The notes: generated by a model from the sequence alone, not told the origin. 64,000 bases of DNA from a bacterium (GCA_021790255.1 JAJYIE010000001.1:4165-68164), one strand, 5' to 3'. Counted from the stretch's first letter, positions 36,731 to 47,672 are shown. Numbers and translations: made by a program.

Positions 36731-38189
36731 AGTCCGTCACATGACCAAAGTGGGAAAAAGCCCCCCGCATTAAAAATTTAATATCATTGAAACTTCGCAC
36801 AGAAAGAGTGGTTTTGAGCAAAAATACTGGATGCAGGTGTATATTCCAGATTTTTTTGCACCAGTAGGCATTATCAATATTGCTTTTTAAAACCGGCTGG
36901 CTCATATCGTATTTTTCAAATTTATGGGAGTCAATAATAAACCAGCTGTGTCTTTCAGCCTGATTCCACAACGGCGTACCGGGATAAGGCACAATAACTG
37001 AAGCCTGCAGGCTGTCCCCAACCCGTGTTTTATAAAACAGCAGCTCTTTCATAAAACTGAGGGTTGCTGCCGCATCCTCTTCTTTTTCCCAAGGATATCC
37101 CACCATTGCTGAAAGATGAACGATCAACCCGGCATCTTTGGCGTTTTTAACCCCCCATCGGATTATTTCTGTTGTCTCACCTTTGCCGATCATCTTAAGG
37201 GTACGGTCAGTACCCGCCTCCACACCAACTTTAAGCATCCTGAAACCACATTTTTTTAAAAGTCGACATGTTTTTTTATCCAAAACATCCGCCCGGGAAT
37301 TGGCAGAGAACTTAATTTTGCCAAGCAATTTTTCTTTTTTTAAAAGCTCATAAAATTGCGAGAGCCAGGCAAAGTCATAGTGAGCGCCCCCGTCGGTATC
37401 GTCAAAAATTTCCCTGATTTTATACTTGCCTACCAAAAACCGGATTTCTGAAACTACATGCTCGGGGGAACGAAGCCTGGGTTTTAAAGCCCAAAGACAG
37501 TGCTGCCAAATGCAAAAAGTGCAGGCGCCGGGCCTTCCGTCTACACCACCGCATCCCCGCCCAAACATCATGTAGGCGCAGGGGCTTAAAACGTCAGCCT
37601 CTTTGTATTTCCAAAAACGAGTCAGATCCCGGTCAATTAGCGGTGATTGGTCCAGATTGTGATTTGGTATAAACTCTCCGGTGCTTCTGATCATCTTACC
37701 GGCCCTAAAATAGACCCCGTTCTCCAATTTTTCATCTTTTTCTAGATGCTCTGCCAAATTTACAGCCAGAAAATCCCAGTCTCCCCCTGTCAAAACATAA
37801 TCCGCCCTGCTTTCTTTAAGGCATTCCTTTGGAAAATATGTGACGTGGTCACCCACCAGCGCCACCTTCACATCCTTCCAGCGTTTTTTCAGCGAATCCA
37901 CAAACCCCCATGTTTTTCCAGCCACCGGAGCTTTTGTTTCCGTGATCACCAAATCCGGTTCGAATGCTTTCAGCCGGCGGAGGGTTTCTGCCATGCTCAG
38001 GTTCTCGGTAATTCCGTCCAGCCAGAAAACGGTATGGCCTGCCTGCCGCAACATAGTTGCCGCCGTGGCAGCTAGAACAGGATAAAGCCGGACCTCTTTG
38101 GAGGAAGAATAAACAAACTGGCGGTTTTGAGGCAGGAAAGCAACTTTTTGGCCCTTTTTAAAAGGAGGATAAACAAAGGCAACTCTCAT
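36723..38189 (-). CDS. B12-binding radical SAM protein with a CX9CX2C motif
   Basis: VYPP, GDHVT, GRGCGGVDGRPGACTFC, PYPGTPL. Confidence 0.9.
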   Translation of the reverse strand: MRVAFVYPPFKKGQKVAFLPQNRQFVYSSSKEVRLYPVLAATAATMLRQAGHTVFWLDGITENLSMAETLRRLKAFEPDLVITETKAPVAGKTWGFVDSLKKRWKDVKVALVGDHVTYFPKECLKESRADYVLTGGDWDFLAVNLAEHLEKDEKLENGVYFRAGKMIRSTGEFIPNHNLDQSPLIDRDLTRFWKYKEADVLSPCAYMMFGRGCGGVDGRPGACTFCIWQHCLWALKPRLRSPEHVVSEIRFLVGKYKIREIFDDTDGGAHYDFAWLSQFYELLKKEKLLGKIKFSANSRADVLDKKTCRLLKKCGFRMLKVGVEAGTDRTLKMIGKGETTEIIRWGVKNAKDAGLIVHLSAMVGYPWEKEEDAAATLSFMKELLFYKTRVGDSLQASVIVPYPGTPLWNQAERHSWFIIDSHKFEKYDMSQPVLKSNIDNAYWCKKIWNIHLHPVFLLKTTLSVRSFNDIKFLMRGAFSHFGHVTDYE

Positions 38190-38191
38190 CT

Positions 38192-41128
38192 TTACACTTC
38201 ATCTTGCTCATCCCAGAAAGACTTGATCTTTTGGACAATTTTTGGTGAAGGTAAAGCAATTTTAGCAGATGGAGTGGCTAATTTTCTACCACCAAGTGCC
38301 AGCAGCCAGGCAATAATTAGCCCGATCATAGTAAGAGCCGAGATCAGGAAAGCGATTTTTACTGTCAAAGACCGGTCATAATTTAAGACCAGCTTATCTC
38401 CTGCATGCACCTGCGGCAAAATATACCCCTGCAACCCCGGCCCCATCCTTGCCTGGGTGACAGAAGTATCACCACCACCCGCGCTGGTATATTGATAATG
38501 CCAGTCAGGCGAGAAACCTTCTTTCCAGACAAGGGTTGTTCCAGCAGGCAAATCTTTTGTAAAATCGAATTCCACACGGTCCGGATAATTTCTTATTAAG
38601 GTTAGTCCATCCAGCTCTTCCCCACCTTGGGGCAACAGCCATGCCATTATGTCCCGGAAAAAACGCGATTCTTCTTTATTGTTATTACGGCGGGCGTGGT
38701 TTATTAAGTTAAAACCGCTCCAGACAATCCGTCCCTGCCCCAAATTTCCGGCTGCCACCAAAATATGCTGTCCGTCAGTTAGAACTGGTTTCGCCCAGGA
38801 CCTCAGGCTATCAGACGAGACCACATCCAACCCCCAATCTTTGCCCTCCCAATCAAGATTATCAAAAGCCGTGGCGCTGGCGGTTGAAATATTTTCTACC
38901 TGCCAGTTTGCCAAAGATTTACCGACACTGCCCCATTTAACTCCGGTGACGGGAAAAACATCGCCCAGCTTGGGGTTATCCCAGTCAGCGGCTGTATATT
39001 GCCATCCCGTATCCACAAATACCCGGCCGCCGGAATTTACATAATCCAAAAGCAGTTGCTGGGCTCTTTGGGCATTATGGTACTCATAGGCGTTCAGAAT
39101 CAATACCGGATATTTTTGTAACTCTGCCAGGGTATAGTCATCAACCGCTGACTTACCCTCCACCGGTATCAGCTGGTCATAGGTAAAGCCTCCCAAAAGC
39201 CCCATTCGGAAAAATCCTTCATAAGCGTGAATTTTGGAGTAATCACCGATCACCAGCACCCGGGGTTTGGTAGTCAGCCTCCAAAGCCGGGTTGGCTGTT
39301 TTAAGGCAAAAACTTTTCCCATAAGCATCTGTGTTCCCAGCTTGTTAATATAAAAATCCGGTGCCGGATGCCAATACAGGCTACCAAACTTCTCGAGTGG
39401 ATCCTGGGCACCGGCTACAGCAATGTTTACTCCAAACCATTTCGCAAGCTCAGCTACCATGAAAGGGTCTCCAAACTCCCGGTTATAAAACGCCCCCTGC
39501 TGAATCCCGGCGTATTCGCGGAAAAATGACTCGCCGGCACTATAGATGGACAGTTGCGGAACATCACTAAAGGCATTCAGGAGCTCCACAATCCCCCCCA
39601 ATCTCGGTGAAAGATCCACTCTCCCACCCTTCAAATCCAGGTTATCAAAATAAGATTTTATTGAATCCCGCTCCTCATGATCAATATCTTCCGGAGAAAC
39701 CTGCCAAGTGGGCTGGTGATAAGTACATTTATCCGGCCCATTACTACAATCCACTACCCAAGGCGGAAGCATGGCACCGGGGCCATAGGGACCATAACCT
39801 AAATAATAAACGCCAGTGGTGGATTTGTGCTGGAAAGGAATCATTGCCTGCCACAAAAAAAACATGGCTGCAAAAGATGCTAGCGTCACAACCCAAAAAC
39901 GCGCTGCCCGCCAGATAATATTGCGCCAGCCGGAAACTTTTTGCCAAAGAGCGAAAATGGTGTCAAAAAGCCCCACCAGTGCCCAGCCGGCCATCAGCGG
40001 AATTAAGAAGAGCAAGGCTACTATAAAACGGACAGCAAAGGCGACGGCAACCGGCATGATATTATACAGCCAGCCAAAAGTGCGGGGAGAACCAACATAT
40101 AAAATCAACACGCCGATAGTAGCCATCAAAGCCAGCGCCTGCCCGTTTCTTCTGATCAGAGCTGCCAGCAGCGCCACTCCCAGCAGCAGACTGTAAATAT
40201 ATGGGAAAAAGCCTATTTCAAAGAGGGCATTGGGATCATTCGGGTCAGAGCTGAAAACAAATAAATATTTTGCCCGCACCGCTCCTACATCCTGCAGAGA
40301 CGGATAAACACTTGCCCCACGGCTAACCGCATGCAGCGGAACTGAATAGAGCTCATAAAATCCTAAGGTGACCGCTCCAAGCAGGCAGGTCAGCAGTCCC
40401 AACATAATCAGACCCCTCTTCTTTTGATGACGAAAATCCGGGCGCAGCACCAACTGAAAGCCCTCAAACAGCACAAAGGTCAGCCCTAGTGAAGCAGCTA
40501 CAGCTTGGTGAAAAGCAAAACTTAAAGAAAAAAGCGCCGCTGCTAAAATAAATGGGGCAAGCCACTTTTTAGCTGGCTTCCCCGACATAAGATAGTCAAA
40601 AGCTATAATCAAAAGAAGCAGGGTGATGGGGAAAAAAGGCAAAGCGATCGCCTGGGAAGCTAAACCTCCAAAGGTCGTATATGTCCAGGAGGCCGGAGCC
40701 AAAATATACATGACAGCCGCAAGGATAGCCGCCGGCACCCCCCACAACCTTAAAGCCAGAAGATACAAAAAAATTGCTGAGAGAGGGACTGAGGCGAACA
40801 ACCCTAGCTTTAGAGTCTGAACCGTATTGAGGTTAAAGTAGGAGGCAAAATCATGCTGGAAAAAAGCCAGCAGTAACCGGTCACCAAAGGGGTGCAGTTC
40901 AATCGGGGCTGAGCCTGCACCCTGCAGGGGAAACCAAAAGGGAATTTGTGGCCACCACTTGGTAAACCAGAGCAGATAGGTATAGGCCAGAGGGGTGTCG
41001 TTGCCGGATAGCCCATTCTGAAGGTACATAAAACCAAGAATATATGCAAAATAGAAAATGCCTGCAGCCACCACCACAAATAAACCAAAATGCACAAAAA
41101 CCTTAACTACCCTAAGCAGCAGCCTCAT
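38192..41128 (-). CDS. GT-C-like polytopic membrane protein (PTPS-related membrane domain type) with a large extracellular domain
   Basis: GND, WFPLQGAG first loop, many TM helices, soluble region, final TM. Confidence 0.75.
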   Translation of the reverse strand: MRLLLRVVKVFVHFGLFVVVAAGIFYFAYILGFMYLQNGLSGNDTPLAYTYLLWFTKWWPQIPFWFPLQGAGSAPIELHPFGDRLLLAFFQHDFASYFNLNTVQTLKLGLFASVPLSAIFLYLLALRLWGVPAAILAAVMYILAPASWTYTTFGGLASQAIALPFFPITLLLLIIAFDYLMSGKPAKKWLAPFILAAALFSLSFAFHQAVAASLGLTFVLFEGFQLVLRPDFRHQKKRGLIMLGLLTCLLGAVTLGFYELYSVPLHAVSRGASVYPSLQDVGAVRAKYLFVFSSDPNDPNALFEIGFFPYIYSLLLGVALLAALIRRNGQALALMATIGVLILYVGSPRTFGWLYNIMPVAVAFAVRFIVALLFLIPLMAGWALVGLFDTIFALWQKVSGWRNIIWRAARFWVVTLASFAAMFFLWQAMIPFQHKSTTGVYYLGYGPYGPGAMLPPWVVDCSNGPDKCTYHQPTWQVSPEDIDHEERDSIKSYFDNLDLKGGRVDLSPRLGGIVELLNAFSDVPQLSIYSAGESFFREYAGIQQGAFYNREFGDPFMVAELAKWFGVNIAVAGAQDPLEKFGSLYWHPAPDFYINKLGTQMLMGKVFALKQPTRLWRLTTKPRVLVIGDYSKIHAYEGFFRMGLLGGFTYDQLIPVEGKSAVDDYTLAELQKYPVLILNAYEYHNAQRAQQLLLDYVNSGGRVFVDTGWQYTAADWDNPKLGDVFPVTGVKWGSVGKSLANWQVENISTASATAFDNLDWEGKDWGLDVVSSDSLRSWAKPVLTDGQHILVAAGNLGQGRIVWSGFNLINHARRNNNKEESRFFRDIMAWLLPQGGEELDGLTLIRNYPDRVEFDFTKDLPAGTTLVWKEGFSPDWHYQYTSAGGGDTSVTQARMGPGLQGYILPQVHAGDKLVLNYDRSLTVKIAFLISALTMIGLIIAWLLALGGRKLATPSAKIALPSPKIVQKIKSFWDEQDEV

Positions 41129-41166
41129 GCTATTGTAATTGTAACATGGGTAGCTACAATACAGAC

Positions 41167-42600
41167 ATGACAAAAAGGGTCATTCTTGTCCATCCGCCGA
41201 TGTATTTGAGCGTCCTTTATGGTGACCTGGCAGCTGCCGGATCGGAACTTCCGCCGCAGGGGTTGTGCATCATCGCGGCAGTGCTTCGGCAAAAAGGTTT
41301 CGAACCGGTCATTATCGATGCTACTGCTGAAAAGTTGGGCTACAAAGAAACTCTCACCCGCATTAAAAGCTTTCTTCCGGCACTTTTTGTCGGTATGGGG
41401 GTTTATTATGTTGCGGAAGGAACTGTCGGTAGGCTGGCCAAGGCGCTGAAAAAAATAAACCCGGATTTGCCGATTGTTGTGGGCGGAGGACACATCTCTA
41501 TCCTTGGTGAGAAAGTGATGGAAAGGCACCCGCAGTTTGACATTGCCGTTTTTGGTGAGGGCGAAGAAACCATAGTTGATGTTGCCAAAGCTCTTAGCCA
41601 AAGCCGTCCCCTGGGCAATCTGAAGGGAGTTGTTTGCCGTCAAGGCGGTAAAATTATTAAAAACTCTCCTCGGCCTTTTTTAAAAAACCTTGACAAAATC
41701 CCCTTTCCGGCGTGGGATCTGCTTCCCGATATCACCAGATACTACACCCCTGCAGGTGACAGTTTAAAAAGGTGGCCTTCTACCGGATTGGTTACTTCCA
41801 GAGGCTGCCCCGGCACCTGCTTTTTCTGCAACCGAAACTCTTTCGGCACCCATGTCCGCCAAAACAGCCCGGATTATGTCATCGCCGAAATTAAAGATCT
41901 CCAGAAAAAATATAACATTAAAGACATCTACTTTCAGGATGACACTTTTGTTGCAAACCGCAAGTGGGTTGTAAAGTTTTGCCGCCTGCTTATCAGGGAA
42001 AAGCTGGACTTAACCTGGGCCTGCCATGGCCGGGTAGACTTTGTTGATCTGCCTCTTTTAAAATTGATGAAAAAAGCCGGATGCTGGCAGATGGCCTTCG
42101 GTCTGGAGTCAGGCAGCCAGCAGGTTCTTGATGCCATTAATAAGCGCACTACCGTCAAGCAAAATTATCAGGCTCTGCAGTATTGCCGGAGGGCAGGTTT
42201 GTCTACCAAGGGACTGTTTATGATCGGAGCATTTGGCGAAAACCTTGAAACGATAAATGTAACGAAACAGTTCCTGAAAAAAGCTTACCTTACCGATATT
42301 CACATCACCTTCTTCACGGTCATTCCCGGCACTGTCGCGTCAATAGTCTGGCCCCGCTTCGGCAAAAACCCTGCCGGCCGGGTTCCGGCGGTTACGGCCA
42401 AACCATCCTTTATCGCCAACGGCCTTTCTACCCGGCTGCTTATAAAAAAGCACCGTGAGCTTTATAGAACATTTTACTTTCAGCCGAAGATCATCTGGTA
42501 TTTTCTCACTAAATTACGTTACCCGCATCAGGCCAAAAAAATTATCACCAGCGCTATGGCCCTGGCCAGATATACTCTTAAACCCAAACCTGCCACCTAG
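41167..42600 (+). CDS. B12-binding radical SAM protein
   Basis: LVHPP, PPQGL, GGGH, SRGCPGTCFFC, GLESGS. Confidence 0.93.
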   Translation: MTKRVILVHPPMYLSVLYGDLAAAGSELPPQGLCIIAAVLRQKGFEPVIIDATAEKLGYKETLTRIKSFLPALFVGMGVYYVAEGTVGRLAKALKKINPDLPIVVGGGHISILGEKVMERHPQFDIAVFGEGEETIVDVAKALSQSRPLGNLKGVVCRQGGKIIKNSPRPFLKNLDKIPFPAWDLLPDITRYYTPAGDSLKRWPSTGLVTSRGCPGTCFFCNRNSFGTHVRQNSPDYVIAEIKDLQKKYNIKDIYFQDDTFVANRKWVVKFCRLLIREKLDLTWACHGRVDFVDLPLLKLMKKAGCWQMAFGLESGSQQVLDAINKRTTVKQNYQALQYCRRAGLSTKGLFMIGAFGENLETINVTKQFLKKAYLTDIHITFFTVIPGTVASIVWPRFGKNPAGRVPAVTAKPSFIANGLSTRLLIKKHRELYRTFYFQPKIIWYFLTKLRYPHQAKKIITSAMALARYTLKPKPAT

Positions 42601-44255
42601 ATCCTGGGGGAGTTGTAACTGCTCATATTAACTGCATAAACATCCAAAATCTCTCCATTCTCTTTCAGGGTAAAATACTGCGGCTCTTTTGCCACCAGTT
42701 TACGGTAGCGATCCGATTGTGCGGGGAAAGCCATCAGCCGGATATCTTCATTTTTTAACCAACTCAAAACTTTGACCCGGTTAAGGTTCCAGTGGACATA
42801 CGGGTCACCTTCCATATAAAAATACGGGTCAAACATTTCCCCGACAATATTTTCCCCATTGATCCCGTTAAAACGAACCAGGGCGTAGGTAAACGGCGCT
42901 CGGTCCTCAGGAATCAGGATCCTGCCCCCATCATAGAACTTAGCTACGTCCGCCGCTAGGGCCTGCTGCGGCGGCCAGCCCTGCTGGGCGGCAGTGAAGT
43001 AGCCCATTATCACAGGCCAAAATATTACCTGAGCAAACGCCAGTAGTATCAAGACCATGAGAGCACCCAGCTTCAGCTTGCCCCACAATCTTACCTTTTG
43101 ACCGAGGTAGTAGACAAAAAAGACCGAAAGCAAAAAACCCAGGTAGATATAAGACAGGTCAAGCAGGCGGTCAACGTAGTAGCGGTTCAGCCAGCCATAG
43201 ATATATGCGGAAAAGCCGAAGAAAATGCCGTTGAAGATAAGCACCCCACTGCCCAGCAAATACAAAAGGTAGCCCCTGGGCTTTTTGAAAAAAGTCAGAA
43301 GTGCTCCCACCACTCCCATTAAAAACAGTCCCCGGAAAACCCATTGGGCCAAAATTGCATCAGCAGTAAGTGGTTTTTCCACCTCCCATCTCCCGGCAGC
43401 ATTACCCAAATAATTCCACCAGACCGGGTAAATCGGATTCCCGGTCTTATCCAGCAGATATTTCATATAAAGAAGGCTGATAAAACCCCAGGTAACCAGC
43501 GCTAGGATTATCCTCTCGCCTTTCCTGTCTATCAGGCCCGCGGCAATCAGCAAACCCAAGCCATAGATCCAAAATTCCGACCGCCCCATTCCCGCAACGC
43601 CCCAAAGAAGTCCTGAAAGCGCCGGTTTTGCAGGCCAGAAGTAGATACCTCCCAAAAGTATAAACAAGGCCAGCTGGTCCTGCATCCCCAATCCGTCTGA
43701 ATAAACCATTACCGGGAAAAAGGCTGCCCAGGCTGCTGCCAAAATAGCCGTACCCGTGCCGAAATAGCGGCGGATAATTAAAAACAGCAGCCACACGATT
43801 CCGGCACCGCTTGCTGCTGAGAGCAAACGCGGCACCAACAAATCAATAGAACCGGTGATGGTAAACAGGGCGCTTAAAATCAGCGGGTGCAGCAGTCCCC
43901 AAAAATACTCCATCCCCTTAAGGTCCCACAGCCGCAGGAAGCCGTTATGAAAGCCGACAGTCCAGGAAAGATAAGCAATCTGCCAGTGGTGGTAAACATC
44001 ACCATACCAGTCAGGACCTGCATTCTCTACGCCGGAGACAAAAAATAAAAAATACAGGCGGGGCAAAAGCGCCGCGATAAAAACCAAAGAAGGCAATACA
44101 GCCTGCTGCCAGACACCAGATACCTTACCCTCAACATCAGTATCGTCTTGTTTAGTCAGTTCAGCAGCCTTTTCCCGGGTGGCGTTGCGCAGGTTTTGCA
44201 GCCACTGCTCATGAGCGCTGGTTTCGTTTTTTGGATCAGGTTGCTCTTTTACCAT
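42597..44255 (-). CDS. GT-C membrane glycosyltransferase (ArnT/PMT-like)
   Basis: First-loop GDVYHH, HPL, PRLLS, about 12 TM helices, C-terminal soluble domain. Confidence 0.78.
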   Translation of the reverse strand: MVKEQPDPKNETSAHEQWLQNLRNATREKAAELTKQDDTDVEGKVSGVWQQAVLPSLVFIAALLPRLYFLFFVSGVENAGPDWYGDVYHHWQIAYLSWTVGFHNGFLRLWDLKGMEYFWGLLHPLILSALFTITGSIDLLVPRLLSAASGAGIVWLLFLIIRRYFGTGTAILAAAWAAFFPVMVYSDGLGMQDQLALFILLGGIYFWPAKPALSGLLWGVAGMGRSEFWIYGLGLLIAAGLIDRKGERIILALVTWGFISLLYMKYLLDKTGNPIYPVWWNYLGNAAGRWEVEKPLTADAILAQWVFRGLFLMGVVGALLTFFKKPRGYLLYLLGSGVLIFNGIFFGFSAYIYGWLNRYYVDRLLDLSYIYLGFLLSVFFVYYLGQKVRLWGKLKLGALMVLILLAFAQVIFWPVIMGYFTAAQQGWPPQQALAADVAKFYDGGRILIPEDRAPFTYALVRFNGINGENIVGEMFDPYFYMEGDPYVHWNLNRVKVLSWLKNEDIRLMAFPAQSDRYRKLVAKEPQYFTLKENGEILDVYAVNMSSYNSPRI

Positions 44256-44258
44256 AGG

Positions 44259-44702
44259 TTACTTTTCTACCATTAAAAATGCTCCCATGGATAAAACAAT
44301 TATTGCCACAGTTTCTACGGCGCTTGCTGTAAACAGGCCGCCTGAGAAATTTAGGAAGATCCGCTTGAGAGCATATTCACCAAGGTAAACCACAGCCAGT
44401 ATCAGCAAGTAAAATATTGCCGCTCCCCATACTTTTCCCTGCACAGCCGTCCGGCTTTCATCTGTTGAGATATAGTTTAAAACACCTTCCCGGGCCAAAT
44501 ACTGCTCAGCCTCCTCACGGGTCTGCTCATTGTGAGCCTTTAATATGTAGGCACAGGCCACACATTGCTCGGATGGGGTGAGTGTGTGTTCAAACCGACG
44601 GACATTTTCCAGGTTGCCCTCCTTTAAGGCCTCATAAAAGTCCGGCAGATGGTTGGAGCAAACTTTTACCGGGATACTCTCTCGCTGCGGCAGACTGATC
44701 AT
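44259..44702 (-). CDS. Hypothetical protein with CxxH...CxxC and two C-terminal TM helices
   Basis: CSNH and CVAC; ATG 44702 preferred over TTG 44840. Confidence 0.65.
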   Translation of the reverse strand: MISLPQRESIPVKVCSNHLPDFYEALKEGNLENVRRFEHTLTPSEQCVACAYILKAHNEQTREEAEQYLAREGVLNYISTDESRTAVQGKVWGAAIFYLLILAVVYLGEYALKRIFLNFSGGLFTASAVETVAIIVLSMGAFLMVEK

Positions 44703-45072
44703 ATTCTTATGCTTTTTAACATACCACGATTGCCGCACAAAGAAAATACCGGCCGGTATATATATAGGATAAACCACGGAGCCCTGACGCAAACTACGCG
44801 ATTTGGTGTCCAGCGAAAGCGGGCTATTCGACAATGTCATTGCAGGGATGATCCGGCTACACTGGAGATAACTCTAAATCTGGCCAGAAGACGAGATGGC
44901 AGGCGGCTTACCGTCATAAATATTACCACAATCAAAGTTTACCCGGGTATTCCGACCTGCTGGCAGTCTTTCACTCCTGTTTCCACCTGGTCCCCACGCG
45001 AACTTGTGCGCAGTCTGACAAAATCTCACCTAGCCATGCCCGGCCACGCTACGCTTTGCATACGCCAAGCCT

Positions 45073-46317
45073 TCAGGTATACTCACGGATATATTTTTCC
45101 AAAATATCGGCGTGCCGTTCCCAGGAAAAACTCCTTTTTACTCTTCTCCAAGCTGATAACCCCATTTGGCTTCGCTGGGTTTGGCTTTGCAATGCTTCCA
45201 CAATCTTATCAGCAAAATCTTCCACCACATACGGTTTGGCCAAAAACCCGGTCACTCCGTTTTTGACCGTTACTGTCGGCCCGGCAAAATTCCAGGCTAC
45301 AACAGGCACTCCCCACCCCATTGCCTCAATCACCCCCATCCCAAAATCCTCCTCCGGCGCAGTATAAATATAAACCGCAGCGTTGCGGTATAACTTCTGC
45401 AGAGTTTCCTCATCTACCTGTCCGGTAAAGATCACTCTTTTATCTACTCCCAGCTTCCTGGCCAGGCTGATCAGGTTCAGGGTATAAACAGTATGCGGAC
45501 CCGGAATAACCAGGCGCAAATTGGGGTGCTTTTTTAATACCAGCTTCAGGGATGCAATACCGTATTCAAATTTTTTCTGCGGAACATGGCGGTTAGTAAG
45601 CAGGAAAAAGGGGCGGTTTATCCTAAAGACCCGTCCGGCCAGATTTTCAGCTTTAAACCAACCTGTGTAAGCAGTATGGGGGTTAACCCGCAAAAGTTGC
45701 CGGGGCCAGACATTGGCTCCGGCCGGGCAGGTGACGGTTTTCCGGCCATAAACTGACTCGATTACCTGGCCAATATACTCCCCGTTGACAAGCATCACCC
45801 GGCCGGAAGTAAAAGAAACTCTGTCTGCCCAGGTTACAAATCGCTTAATTTTTCTGATCAGCCGGTCGATATAGTAGTATTCCTTAAGGTTTTGCCAGCG
45901 AACCGCTTCATCAATAGCCCGGGGATAAAGCAGGCGGTTAGGCTGGTTTAGGTAAACCAGGTAAGGTTTGCCCAGTACTCGGGAGACACAGTAGGCAATC
46001 CAAGCCCCAGGCTGGTTGGCACCGATAATTACATCGTATCGGCGGAACCGCCAGGCCAAAAACGGCGCCAGCAGTGATGAAAGTACCATGGATGCAGCGT
46101 ATCGTGCCGGTATGAATGGTGGAAATTGAGGTAAAAATGTTTGCACATTTAAACGTTTAATCTCTTCCGGAAAGCATAACTTATTATTCAAGGTTGGCGA
46201 ATAGACATCGACCAAATAACCTCTCGCCCGCAAGTTTTTTGCCTCTTCCAAGACCAACCTCTCTCCTCCTCCTGAATAAACAAAACCGCAATGGAAAATG
46301 GCAATCTTTTTTTTCAT
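45073..46317 (-). CDS. Glycosyltransferase family 4
   Basis: GGGERLV, RHVPQK, EDFGMGVIEAM; ATGA overlap places the start at 46317. Confidence 0.93.
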   Translation of the reverse strand: MKKKIAIFHCGFVYSGGGERLVLEEAKNLRARGYLVDVYSPTLNNKLCFPEEIKRLNVQTFLPQFPPFIPARYAASMVLSSLLAPFLAWRFRRYDVIIGANQPGAWIAYCVSRVLGKPYLVYLNQPNRLLYPRAIDEAVRWQNLKEYYYIDRLIRKIKRFVTWADRVSFTSGRVMLVNGEYIGQVIESVYGRKTVTCPAGANVWPRQLLRVNPHTAYTGWFKAENLAGRVFRINRPFFLLTNRHVPQKKFEYGIASLKLVLKKHPNLRLVIPGPHTVYTLNLISLARKLGVDKRVIFTGQVDEETLQKLYRNAAVYIYTAPEEDFGMGVIEAMGWGVPVVAWNFAGPTVTVKNGVTGFLAKPYVVEDFADKIVEALQSQTQRSQMGLSAWRRVKRSFSWERHADILEKYIREYT

Positions 46318-47672
46318 TGTTCCTGCTCCGGAATCCACACGCGCCTTTTGATATAGGCCCAGCAAATTACCAGCAAAGTTACCCCGGTAATAGTATAACC
46401 TACCAGAGCAGATGTTCCTGTAAAGTTATCCCGTAGCACCCACAGCGTGCTTTTGTCCACATTATCGAGTAGTTTATTGCTGCTGTATAAGCCGGAAGAT
46501 ATATCTTTTCGCAAGATTATGCTGCCTGCAACCAGTAAGCCTAAAACTAAAGTAATAAGTGGATTGGAAAAAGCCGGCCGATTAAGCTGCGGAATACGGG
46601 TAATTTTTGACTGCTTCATAGAATCAATAAAATATGTTATCCCGAGCCCGAGCAAAAAAGCCAAAGTGAGTCCCAACTCCGGCAGATAGCGGGACGTGCC
46701 GGAAGGCGGGAAACCGCCGGAGCTAATACAATCAATGATTAAAAAGCCAATCGTCCAGAAACTGGCCAGAAAAACTGCCTGCAGGTTGGGCTTGCGGTCA
46801 AACAGTAAAAATCCGAAAGTCCCCAAAACCGGTATGATAAAAAGCGATAAGGGGATCAGGTCAACAATCCCTGTGCGCAACCCGTCTCCAAGCGGCCCGA
46901 AAATCAGCCAAAAAGTGAAAGATGGGTTATACCAAAAAGAGGTTAAAGCTCCCACCAGAAGAAAAAGCGAGGCAAACCGCAGTATTTTTATCCTGCTGCC
47001 TCCGAGGAGCGCTTCTGAAAATGTGGCGAAAATTGCCAGCAAAAAATAAGAAATTGCTCCGGAAGGCGAGATCAGGATAATTGCTGCGCTGAGGGCTGAG
47101 GCGATCACCAGATTTTTCATTCCTCCACGGCGCAAAAAGGCAATCAGGCAAAACAGCGCCAGTGGCATTAAACCCAGGCTTGCTACGTGTGAGCTGTCCC
47201 CGCCCAAAAGTCCTGCCTCTACCCGCCCCTGAAGGAATAAAGTCAAAGGCAGAGTGGCAATAAGCACGGCAAAAAGAGCCGTCAGGATCCGGTTGGTTAA
47301 TAATTTTATTAGGATATAAAGAGAAACCGGCAGGAGGAGGAAGAAAAAAACATTGACCATCTGGGCAGCGTATGAAAAAGGTATTCGGGAAATTGTAGCT
47401 ACAATACTGGCCAGGAACGGGATAAGCGGCCCGGAATAAGTGTTGCTTGGGCTGGCGGTACCCACCAGCGGAGAAAGCAAAAATAAGTTAAGCACACTAA
47501 TCAAAGTTAATGCAGCCAGCTCAACATAACCGCTGCGCCACCAGGCATCAGCAGTAAATAACCCCCCGTCGGCGCTTTCTATCCGCCGCAACAGGCGGTG
47601 GCTGCGGCGGGCAGCAATGGTTGCCTCTGTGGTAGGAATATAATCTAGCTCTGAATCTTCCTGCTTTACCAT
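46314..47672 (-). CDS. Polytopic membrane protein, GT-C-like
   Basis: About 11-12 TM helices; FWYNP motif parallels FWYTP in the neighbouring gene. Confidence 0.7.
   Translation of the reverse strand: MVKQEDSELDYIPTTEATIAARRSHRLLRRIESADGGLFTADAWWRSGYVELAALTLISVLNLFLLSPLVGTASPSNTYSGPLIPFLASIVATISRIPFSYAAQMVNVFFFLLLPVSLYILIKLLTNRILTALFAVLIATLPLTLFLQGRVEAGLLGGDSSHVASLGLMPLALFCLIAFLRRGGMKNLVIASALSAAIILISPSGAISYFLLAIFATFSEALLGGSRIKILRFASLFLLVGALTSFWYNPSFTFWLIFGPLGDGLRTGIVDLIPLSLFIIPVLGTFGFLLFDRKPNLQAVFLASFWTIGFLIIDCISSGGFPPSGTSRYLPELGLTLAFLLGLGITYFIDSMKQSKITRIPQLNRPAFSNPLITLVLGLLVAGSIILRKDISSGLYSSNKLLDNVDKSTLWVLRDNFTGTSALVGYTITGVTLLVICWAYIKRRVWIPEQEQ

Noticed and set aside
32659-42600. Hopanoid biosynthesis cluster (HpnA/HpnH/HpnJ-like families)
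   Set aside because: No squalene synthase or squalene-hopene cyclase in the window; context is glycosyltransferases
44703-45072. 370-bp gap with ATACCGGCCGGTAT palindrome, a GIYIG-like peptide and the 44649..45266 ORF
   Set aside because: The GIYIG frame has several stops and nothing else fits a GIY-YIG nuclease; the long ORF overlaps both neighbours and resembles no family; left unexplained
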